DNA of 11,830 nucleotides, taken from the IMG/VR virus record IMGVR_UViG_3300006057_000043. One strand, given 5' to 3'. Position 1 is the stretch's first letter; each line of letters starts with the position of its first letter. The stretch is from a virus. The translations under genes and the position numbers were made by a program. The notes beneath the pieces are model-generated. The model ran no database searches and was not told the DNA's origin. It saw only the letters and a program-made list of their open reading frames with translations. Shown here piece after piece: positions 1 to 4,713 of the stretch.

Positions 1-11
1 GTAGAGGGTGC

Positions 12-485
12 TCATCGTCCTACTAGCTCCGGTCCGTACTCGTAGTCCTTGCCGCAGGCGTAGTCGGGGTACCCGCTGCAGGTCTTGTGGTCCACGAGGG
101 GGTTGGTCCCGTGGTGGTTGTGGCTCACGAAGTTGAGCCCCATCAGGCCGTAGAAGACCCAGTCGGCATGACCCATACAGAGCGCCTGGGTCACCTCGGC
201 GTAGCCCTCCTCGCCGGGCGAGGTCAGCACCTTGATGTAGATGAGCGTGGGCCAGCCCTCGTCTTCGGCGGTCCGCTCGCAGCCAGGCCACGAGCACGTG
301 TCGGTCTCGCGCTCGATCCCATCCCAGGGCTCGGCGTCGCACTGCGGGCGCTCGGGCTCCTCGTTGTGGTTGGCCACGAAGCAGCGAGGCGGGCAGGGCA
401 CGATCCGCACCTCCTTGGAGGGGGACATGCACCGGCACTGGGTAACCAGGATGCCGTGCTCGCACTCTTCTCTGAAGTGGCTCAT
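12..485 (-). CDS. hypothetical Cys/His-rich protein (157 aa)
   Basis: Intact ORF ending in TGA. GC3-rich codon usage like the other minus-strand genes. A leaderless promoter sits directly upstream. No family recognised. Confidence 0.5.
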   Translation of the reverse strand: MSHFREECEHGILVTQCRCMSPSKEVRIVPCPPRCFVANHNEEPERPQCDAEPWDGIERETDTCSWPGCERTAEDEGWPTLIYIKVLTSPGEEGYAEVTQALCMGHADWVFYGLMGLNFVSHNHHGTNPLVDHKTCSGYPDYACGKDYEYGPELVGR

Positions 486-491
486 GGCGTG

Positions 492-520
492 ACCTTAGCA
501 GAGTAGACGCTGTTGGTCAA
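492..520 (-). promoter_or_regulatory. sigma-A-type promoter: TTGACC-N17-TAAGGT, 5 nt before the ATG at 485
   Basis: Minus strand reads TTGACC AACAGCGTCTACTCTGC TAAGGT CACGC ATG. One of nine copies of the same architecture. The -35 overlaps the CCA end of the upstream tRNA-like RNA. Confidence 0.5.
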
Positions 521-521
521 G

Positions 522-675
522 TTGGTGGGCCGGGGAGGCAATGATCCTCCCATCCGTGAGGGGGAAACCGCAGCGGCTCGCTTCGGGTTCTAGACCCCTC
601 AGCGACCGAAGCCAGCTCCTTCCCTTTGTCAGCTACCCGTCGGTAGCCTGCGCTCTACCCTTGAGCTACGGCCCT
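522..675 (-). ncRNA. atypical ~155-nt tRNA-like RNA (tRNA-type ends, long internal insertion)
   Basis: 5' GGGCCGU with D-arm GCUC-AAGGGUA-GAGC. 3' end is T-arm GGGAGG-AUCAUUG-CCUCCC, then CGGCCC-A-CCA, which pairs with the 5' strand. About 95 nt of hairpin-rich sequence replaces a normal anticodon/variable region. Confidence 0.3.
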
Positions 676-708
676 TGGCCCCCGGTCGAGATTTGACCCC
701 GACCGGGG
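676..708 (-). ncRNA. tRNA acceptor/T-arm minihelix H1 (11-bp stem, loop GUCAAAU, 3' GCCA)
   Basis: RNA CCCCGGUCGGG GUCAAAU CUCGACCGGGG GCCA. 11 contiguous pairs, a 7-nt T-loop-like loop, then discriminator+CCA. It abuts the neighbouring elements with no spacer. Confidence 0.5.
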
Positions 709-855
709 ATGGTCCACACGCAAGGGGTTGAACCCCGGCCCACGGTACCCCCCTCCTGGCGCTTGCAATCGCCATCGGGCTTCTTCCGTGGGTGTCACCT
801 CCACTCCACGTCCCCGGCGTCGACACCGGAGGGCTTATGTGGCTGACCATGTGGT

Positions 856-889
856 TGGTGGCCGGCCAGGCTTTGACACCTGACCGACC
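856..889 (-). ncRNA. tRNA-like minihelix H2 (11-bp stem, loop UGUCAAAG, 3' ACCA)
   Basis: RNA GGUCGGUCAGG UGUCAAAG CCUGGCCGGCC ACCA. 11 bp including two G-U pairs. Immediately 3' of the CUA tRNA. Confidence 0.5.
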
Positions 890-890
890 A

Positions 891-966
891 TGGCGCCCCT
901 CGTGGGACTTGAACCCACAACCAAGACTTTTAGGGAGTCCTGCTCTGCCAGTTGAGCTAGAGGAGC
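891..966 (-). tRNA. tRNA, anticodon CUA (amber/UAG-reading; putative suppressor), CCA encoded
   Basis: 76-nt cloverleaf: acceptor GCUCCUC/GAGGGGC, D-arm GCUC-AACUGGCA-GAGC, anticodon arm GGACU-CCCUAAA-AGUCU, T-arm GUGGG-UUCAAGU-CCCAC, G73, CCA. Positions 34-36 are CUA. Position 33 is C rather than the usual U. Confidence 0.6.
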
Positions 967-967
967 T

Positions 968-1001
968 TGGTCGCCGGCCAGGATTTGACCCCTGACCGGC
1001 G
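968..1001 (-). ncRNA. tRNA-like minihelix H3 (11-bp stem, loop GGUCAAAU, 3' ACCA)
   Basis: RNA CGCCGGUCAGG GGUCAAAU CCUGGCCGGCG ACCA. Confidence 0.5.
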
Positions 1002-1002
1002 T

Positions 1003-1036
1003 TGGTGCCGGGGCAGGCTTTGACTCCTACCCCAGC
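1003..1036 (-). ncRNA. tRNA-like minihelix H4 (11-bp stem, loop AGUCAAAG, 3' ACCA)
   Basis: RNA GCUGGGGUAGG AGUCAAAG CCUGCCCCGGC ACCA. Confidence 0.5.
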
Positions 1037-1037
1037 A

Positions 1038-1109
1038 TGGCTCCCCTGGCAAGTCGTGACCTTGCGTCTCCTCACTGATGTGAGGCGCTCTACTCTGAGC
1101 TACAGGGGA
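1038..1109 (-). ncRNA. degenerate tRNA-like RNA (72 nt, U1-A72, G73-CCA, non-canonical anticodon and T loops)
   Basis: Acceptor UCCCCUG/CAGGGGA. D-arm GCUC-AGAGUA-GAGC. Anticodon-position hairpin CCUCAC-AUCA-GUGAGG (4-nt loop). T-position arm GCAAG-GUCACGA-CUUGC. Ends G-CCA. Confidence 0.35.
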
Positions 1110-1149
1110 ATGGTGGGTGGCCCGTGCTTGCCCACGGACCACCCAGGAC

Positions 1150-1551
1150 TTACACCGCGACCCCCTTCCTGAGGATCGTCTCCCGCTCCCAGCGCGAGTC
1201 GCTGGTGTCCCGAAGGGCGAGGGGGAGGGTGTCGAGCGCAGCGCCGATGTCGTCGTCGGCGAACAGGGCGATGGCAGTCAGCTCATCACCGATGTCGGGC
1301 TCGTAGAACGGGGTGACTGGAAGCCCCTGGCCGGCGGCGTAGTCGAAGAACTGCCGAAGCTGCTCTTCGTTCTCCACGGCGAGGAGGACCAGCGAGTTCG
1401 AGGCGGCTTCCCACTCTCGGACCATGTGTTGCTGTTCACTGGCAAACGCGATGCCAGCGTGGGTGGCCATGGTGGCCTGGTACCCAGGGCTCAGATCCTG
1501 ACGGGTCAGAACGTAGAGCTTGGGTCGGTGAGTCTAGGTGAACGTTTCCAT
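1150..1551 (-). CDS. PTH2-like (peptidyl-tRNA hydrolase 2 / Pth2-fold) protein; in-frame TAG at 1534-1536 (codon 6)
   Basis: From ATG 1551 the frame reads METFT*THRPKLYVLTRQDLSPGYQATMATHAGIAFASEQQHMVREWEAASNSLVLLAVENEEQLRQ... This is collinear with the Pth2 motifs KMVIVVRxDL...AAQxxHAA...WE...KVVVKV.DEE.L. The stretch KLYVLTRQDL lies between the TAG and the next ATG (1470), so it is translated only if the TAG is read through. The promoter at 1596-1624 places the transcription start upstream of ATG 1551. Terminates with TAA. Confidence 0.45.
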
Positions 1552-1595
1552 GATGATGGGATGTCCTTGGGGTTGTGGTTGGTGGAACGAGAGAG

Positions 1596-1624
1596 AACCT
1601 AGCACGGCCCGAGGGCCGTGTCAA
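1596..1624 (-). promoter_or_regulatory. sigma-A-type promoter: TTGACA-N17-TAGGTT
   Basis: Minus strand reads TTGACA CGGCCCTCGGGCCGTGC TAGGTT, with the spacer ending GTGC as in the other copies. Predicted start about 1585-1590, roughly 35 nt before ATG 1551. Confidence 0.45.
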
Positions 1625-1873
1625 GTCAGCCGTCCAGAAAGAGGATGAAGAAGAAGATGAAGAACATGCCGGCCATGCTACACCCGCAGGCGCGGGGTCT
1701 GTCAACCTGGCCCGGCTAGATCCGGCGAGCGACGGCCAGGATCAGGAGAACAACGAGGAGGACGATGAGCAGTGTGAAGAGCATCTCCCCACCCTACTCG
1801 ACTCAGTCGACCTCGATGAAGATGCGAATTGTTCCAGACCCGTTGGTCTTCCTTGTCCCGGTCTTACTCATGT

Positions 1874-2137
1874 TTATTCATCTTCTACGATGTATATACA
1901 TTCACCCGGGCAATCCTCAGCCGACTCGATGCAGGCGTCCAGGAGCTGGTCGGGCACCTCGGCGAGCCCCCAAGCCATCTTGTAGACGGGGACACCCGGA
2001 CCCGCTGGGGTCACGTCGGCCCAGTCGGCTTCCTTGACATAGGCGAGGCCATCCGAGTGCATGGCGAAGAGTTCGGGGCAGATTTCGCTGCAAATTCCGT
2101 CGCCCGTGCATAGGTCTTGGTCAATGTAGACCTTCAT
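1874..2137 (-). CDS. ferredoxin (small 3Fe-4S/4Fe-4S type)
   Basis: MKVYIDQDLCTGDGICSEICPELF...CPGECIYIV. CxxGxC...CP plus a distal CP cysteine, as in actinobacterial/archaeal single-cluster ferredoxins. Ends in TAA. The ATG follows the upstream gene's TAG after GGTGAGATC. Confidence 0.8.
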   Translation of the reverse strand: MKVYIDQDLCTGDGICSEICPELFAMHSDGLAYVKEADWADVTPAGPGVPVYKMAWGLAEVPDQLLDACIESAEDCPGECIYIVEDE

Positions 2138-2146
2138 GATCTCACC

Positions 2147-2542
2147 CTACCTCGACTTCGACATCACCGAGGAGTTCTTGCGGATCTTCTCGATCGTGAC
2201 CCGGTAGTCGGCCCCCACCTCGAAGTGGTCCAGGAGGTCGGGGTTGTTGACCGTCAAGCTCAGCTCGCCGGCCGGCGTGTAGGACGCCCAGTCGCGGTTC
2301 GGGTCATCGACCTCGTCCCTTGCTGAGACCGCCGTGAAGCACACGGCAGTGGAAGAGTGGCCCGTGATGCTCCTGATGGCCACGGCGTCACGCAGCCACG
2401 GCGGCAGGCCGTAGTAACCGTTGAAGGCCTCCGGCGGCTCGGCATCGGGATGATCCGGGCTGCACGCTACCCATACTGCCCCACCCCGCGCCTCGGACTT
2501 GCTGCACATCATCTTCGCCACAACAGCCATCGAAATCTCCAT
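2147..2542 (-). CDS. hypothetical protein (131 aa)
   Basis: Intact ORF ending in TAG. No family recognised. Confidence 0.5.
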   Translation of the reverse strand: MEISMAVVAKMMCSKSEARGGAVWVACSPDHPDAEPPEAFNGYYGLPPWLRDAVAIRSITGHSSTAVCFTAVSARDEVDDPNRDWASYTPAGELSLTVNNPDLLDHFEVGADYRVTIEKIRKNSSVMSKSR

Positions 2543-2625
2543 TCTGTAGGAATGAGATCATCCTAGGCGGTTTCGAGGGTGAAATAGTGGATCTTGGGGG
2601 TGATTTCTCTGGATTCAGGATTTGG

Positions 2626-2699
2626 TGGCTCCCCCGCCTCGATTCGAACAAGGTCTCTGAGCTTCAAAGGCTCCGGTGCTGCCGTTACACCACAGGGGA
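2626..2699 (-). tRNA. tRNA-Gln (anticodon UUG), CCA encoded
   Basis: U1-A72, G73. Anticodon loop CUUUGAA. T-arm CCUUG-UUCGAAU-CGAGG. Confidence 0.6.
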
Positions 2700-2725
2700 C
2701 TGGCACCGGAGGTAGGGCTCCGGTA

Positions 2726-2800
2726 TGGCTCTCCCGCAGGGACTCGAACCCCGAACTAGCGGTTAACAGCCGCTCGCGTTTCCAATTACGCCACAAGAGA
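2726..2800 (-). tRNA. tRNA-Asn (anticodon GUU), CCA encoded
   Basis: Anticodon arm AGCGG-CUGUUAA-CCGCU. T-arm CGGGG-UUCGAGU-CCCUG. Confidence 0.6.
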
Positions 2801-2815
2801 ATGTGTATTTCTGCG

Positions 2816-2899
2816 TGTCCACGGGGGGACTTGAACCCCCAAGCTCTTTCGAGCACCAGCCCCTCAAGCTGGCGTGTTTACCAATTTCACCACATGGAC
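2816..2899 (-). tRNA. tRNA-Leu (anticodon GAG), class II
   Basis: Anticodon arm CCAGC-UUGAGGG-GCUGG. Long variable hairpin GCUC-GAAA-GAGC. T-arm GGGGG-UUCAAGU-CCCCC. A73. No CCA. Confidence 0.6.
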
Positions 2900-2900
2900 T

Positions 2901-2985
2901 TGGTCTCGGAGGCGGGACTTGAACCCGCATGACTTTCGTCGGCCGGGTTTGAACCGGCTGCGTCTACCGTTTTCACCACTCCGAG
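2901..2985 (-). tRNA. tRNA-Leu (anticodon CAA), class II, CCA encoded
   Basis: Acceptor CUCGGAG/CUCCGAG. Anticodon arm GCCGG-UUCAAAC-CCGGC. Long variable arm. T-arm GCGGG-UUCAAGU-CCCGC. Confidence 0.6.
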
Positions 2986-2986
2986 T

Positions 2987-3073
2987 TGGTGGGCCAGGAG
3001 GGAGTTGAACCCTCACGACATTTCTGCCGGCGGCTTCTGAGGCCGCTGCGTCTACCAGTTTCACCACTGGCCC
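2987..3073 (-). tRNA. tRNA-Leu (anticodon CAG), class II, CCA encoded
   Basis: Acceptor GGGCCAG/CUGGCCC. Anticodon arm GCGGC-CUCAGAA-GCCGC. Long variable arm. T-arm GAGGG-UUCAACU-CCCUC. Confidence 0.6.
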
Positions 3074-3074
3074 A

Positions 3075-3151
3075 TGGTCCCCGCCCTCGGATTCGAACCG
3101 AGAACCTCACAGACCTGAGCCGTGCGCCTCTGCCAGTTGGGCTAAGCGGGG
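3075..3151 (-). tRNA. tRNA, anticodon CAG by fold, but class I (short variable arm); identity uncertain
   Basis: Acceptor CCCCGCU/GGCGGGG. Anticodon arm CACGG-CUCAGGU-CUGUG. T-arm CUCGG-UUCGAAU-CCGAG. A73-CCA. A Leu anticodon on a class-I body is unusual. Confidence 0.45.
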
Positions 3152-3303
3152 AGGATGCTTGAAGCCACTCCCCGGCGCCCGTCACTGCGCCCGCTAGGGG
3201 CTACAGATTGACCGGGCCGCGTTGGAGCGGCAGGCTAAGTAGCAATCGGATCGAGAACGATCCCTGCGACTGGTTGGAGGCGGTCTTGCGCTGCATGGAT
3301 GGA

Positions 3304-3332
3304 ACCCTACCTGGTCCAGGACGCCATGTCAA
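3304..3332 (-). promoter_or_regulatory. sigma-A-type promoter TTGACA-N17-TAGGGT for the 6-tRNA array
   Basis: Minus strand reads TTGACA TGGCGTCCTGGACCAGG TAGGGT. It is about 145 nt upstream of the first tRNA 5' end. Its -35 context (TTGACATGGC) matches the promoter of the other tRNA array. Confidence 0.5.
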
Positions 3333-3360
3333 GTCTTTTCCCAAGATTCTCGCTGGCCGA

Positions 3361-3618
3361 CTAGCGGCTGGCATCCATCTCCACGAAAAAGGGAGGCTCC
3401 TCGGTGGCTCGCCTAGCCAACACCTGAGTGCCCATCTCGAAGATGTCGCCGCAAGTGGGGCATTTGAGGTGGTGGGCGAAGTAACCGTCGAAGTGGCAAT
3501 GCTGGCCGCACGGGCACCAGAAGTCGATGCAGAGATTAGTCCCCTTCCATTGAATGAACATCTCAGCATCGGTACCGGGGACGGCCGTGAAGGGAAACTC
3601 TTGGTTCTTGCCGGCCAT
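3361..3618 (-). CDS. small Zn-ribbon protein (85 aa)
   Basis: CPCGQHCH...CPTCG motif. AGGAGG Shine-Dalgarno inside the end of the upstream gene. The ATG is the codon immediately after the upstream TAG (TAG-ATG, in frame). Ends in TAG. Confidence 0.55.
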   Translation of the reverse strand: MAGKNQEFPFTAVPGTDAEMFIQWKGTNLCIDFWCPCGQHCHFDGYFAHHLKCPTCGDIFEMGTQVLARRATEEPPFFVEMDASR

Positions 3619-3993
3619 CTAGGCCTCCTGGGGGTTGAGCAGGACGGCGCCGCAGAGGGCGGACAGTTCCTCGATGCCGACGCGCCTGGTGTTGTAGTAG
3701 GGCGACAGGGCGGCCATCATGCGGTCGCCGGCCGGGGCGTTGATCGTGTGGACCATGATCTGGCCGACCCAGTAGGGGTTCTCGTGGTAGGCCGTTTCCT
3801 CCAGCCAATTCACGATGGGCTCGATCGTGTCGTCATCCCCGAGGTCGTGGTCGAGCCACAGCTCGTCGAGGCGCAGGCCGGCGGAGCGCAACACGACCAT
3901 CAACTGCTCGCCGAACCAAGAGGTCCGGGCGTGGTTGACCTCACCCTCTAGCTTGAGGGTCCGCTCATCGTCGATGACCAGGATGCGCTTCAT
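3619..3993 (-). CDS. receiver-like (CheY-fold) domain protein, CPR-like (cyclic-phosphate-processing receiver family)
   Basis: MKRILVIDDERTL...LWLDHDLGDDDT...VNWLEE...VHTINAPAGDRM. Matches the ILxDDER / LDHDLG / WL..E / HSxNPxGR pattern of the phage-borne, RNA-repair-associated receiver family. Leaderless promoter. Ends in TAG. Confidence 0.55.
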   Translation of the reverse strand: MKRILVIDDERTLKLEGEVNHARTSWFGEQLMVVLRSAGLRLDELWLDHDLGDDDTIEPIVNWLEETAYHENPYWVGQIMVHTINAPAGDRMMAALSPYYNTRRVGIEELSALCGAVLLNPQEA

Positions 3994-3999
3994 CCAGCA

Positions 4000-4028
4000 T
4001 GTGTAGCACGGGCAGCCACGAACTGCAA
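4000..4028 (-). promoter_or_regulatory. sigma-A-type promoter TTGCAG-N17-TACACA, 6 nt before the ATG at 3993
   Basis: Minus strand reads TTGCAG TTCGTGGCTGCCCGTGC TACACA TGCTGG ATG. Confidence 0.45.
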
Positions 4029-4030
4029 GT

Positions 4031-4107
4031 TGGCATCCCGTCTAGGCTTCGAACCCAGAAACTCTAGCGTCAGAGGCTAGCGACTTTACCAGTTTATCTA
4101 ACGGGAT
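4031..4107 (-). tRNA. tRNA-Gln-like (anticodon CUG), A1-U72, G73-CCA
   Basis: Anticodon arm CUAGC-CUCUGAC-GCUAG. T-arm CUGGG-UUCGAAG-CCUAG. Confidence 0.55.
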
Positions 4108-4108
4108 A

Positions 4109-4183
4109 TGGCTCAGGGGGAAGGGTTCGAACCTCCGACGGCAGGGTCAGAACCTGCTGTGTTACCGACTACACTACCCCTGA
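4109..4183 (-). tRNA. tRNA-Gln (anticodon CUG), U1-A72, G73-CCA
   Basis: D-arm GUGU-AGUCGGUA-ACAC. Anticodon arm GCAGG-UUCUGAC-CCUGC. T-arm GGAGG-UUCGAAC-CCUUC. Confidence 0.6.
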
Positions 4184-4319
4184 ATGTGCCGCCAACTTCT
4201 GCCAGTAACCCCTTGCGGTGTTCAAGAACCCGGCCGTTGGGGCGACGCTCCTCAAACATGCCCCCTTCCCAGGGGACTTCAACATAGCTCCAGTATCTAG
4301 TCGTGGGGCCATGCTACAG

Positions 4320-4394
4320 CAGGGGTGCCAGGAATCGAACCTGGTCGTGTATCAAGAGTTTTGGAGACTCTCCGGCTACCTCAGCCTCACCCCT
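4320..4394 (-). tRNA. tRNA-Trp (anticodon CCA)
   Basis: Acceptor AGGGGUG/CACCCCU. Anticodon arm AGAGU-CUCCAAA-ACUCU. T-arm CCAGG-UUCGAUU-CCUGG. G73. No CCA. Atypically long variable segment. Confidence 0.5.
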
Positions 4395-4429
4395 TCGGGT
4401 TACTGCTGGCAGCTCCGGCGTCTACTGTG

Positions 4430-4502
4430 TCGGGCGGGTGGGATTCGAACCCACGACCACTCGGTTCCGAGCCGAGTACGCTGACCGCTGCGCTACCGCC
4501 CG
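4430..4502 (-). tRNA. tRNA-Pro (anticodon CGG), C1-G72, A73
   Basis: Acceptor CGGGCGG/CCGCCCG. D-arm GCGC-AGCGGUCA-GCGU. Anticodon arm CUCGG-CUCGGAA-CCGAG. T-arm GUGGG-UUCGAAU-CCCAC. C1-G72 with A73 is the bacterial proline identity signature. Confidence 0.65.
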
Positions 4503-4539
4503 TGGTGGGCTGGTAGGCTCCGCTGCGCGACGTGCCCTA

Positions 4540-4608
4540 CTAGGGCTGCTGTCGGAACGGAGCCACAGTAGGCTCCGGAGCATTGGTGCGCCATCGGTCG
4601 TTCTTCAT
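4540..4608 (-). CDS. possible leaderless 22-aa ORF in the tRNA-array leader (MKNDRWRTNAPEPTVAPFRQQP)
   Basis: The ATG sits 7 nt after the -10 of the promoter. The ORF spans a perfect 7-bp hairpin CGGAGCC-ACAGTA-GGCTCCG (4558-4577). Ends in TAG. It may simply be transcript leader. Confidence 0.2.
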   Translation of the reverse strand: MKNDRWRTNAPEPTVAPFRQQP

Positions 4609-4615
4609 GTGGAGC

Positions 4616-4644
4616 ACCGTAGCAGGGCCACGGAGCCATGTCAA
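4616..4644 (-). promoter_or_regulatory. sigma-A-type promoter TTGACA-N17-TACGGT for the 4-tRNA array
   Basis: Minus strand reads TTGACA TGGCTCCGTGGCCCTGC TACGGT GCTCCAC ATG. Confidence 0.5.
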
Positions 4645-4655
4645 GTACATTCTCC

Positions 4656-4689
4656 AAAAAGATGAAAGGCGGGACCCGAAGGCCCCGCC
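4656..4689 (-). terminator. intrinsic terminator downstream of the MVP-like gene
   Basis: Minus-strand RNA GGCGGGGCC-UUCG-GGUCCCGCC (9-bp stem, UUCG tetraloop) followed by UUUCAUCUUUUU. Confidence 0.7.
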
Positions 4690-4713
4690 CAACATCCCCC
4701 ACTCCCCCTGGGA

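Noticed and set aside
522-675. tmRNA (SsrA) interpretation of the 155-nt tRNA-like RNA
   Set aside because: Less than half the length of any tmRNA. No resume codon or tag-peptide reading frame ending in a hydrophobic ...AA stop. A D-arm is present, unlike the tmRNA tRNA-like domain.
709-855. Possible additional tRNA in the spacer (T-arm CGGGG-UUCAACC-CCUUG plus CGUGUGG-A-CCA at 710-740, and an Ala-like anticodon hairpin UGGCG-AUUGCAA-GCGCCA)
   Set aside because: No 5' acceptor strand complementary to CGUGUGG could be found at a tRNA-compatible distance. It may be a tRNA fragment or pseudogene, or need covariance-model analysis. Not called as a gene.
1575-1985. Acidic plus-strand ORF (…KEDEEEDEEH…NNEEDDEQCEE…)
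   Set aside because: The acidity derives from a (GAA)n tract. The ORF runs antisense into the well-supported ferredoxin gene. No start-site signals, and it is on the opposite strand to every other gene.
2388-2856. Minus-strand ORFs 2388-2651 and 2563-2856, and ORFs across 629-1142 and 4303-4702
   Set aside because: They run through tRNA genes and tRNA-like elements and have biased, repetitive translations. These are artefacts of structured-RNA sequence.
3194-3209. Plus-orientation copies of the promoter core (GGGGCTACAGATTG here, TGCTACAGCAGG at 4313-4325, GAGCTACAGGGG at 1096-1107)
   Set aside because: There are no plus-strand genes to serve. The last two coincide with tRNA 3' flank and tRNA-like 5'-end sequences (GUAGCUC), so they are most likely chance or tRNA-derived resemblance.
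3208-3951. 247-aa plus-strand ORF (TTG start), and similar plus-strand ORFs at 7386-8138, 7541-8185, 8752-9327 and 9378-10322
   Set aside because: All are antisense to well-supported minus-strand genes (CPR-like/Zn-ribbon, methyltransferase, phosphoesterase) and have junk-like composition. No plus-strand promoter or Shine-Dalgarno was found for any of them.
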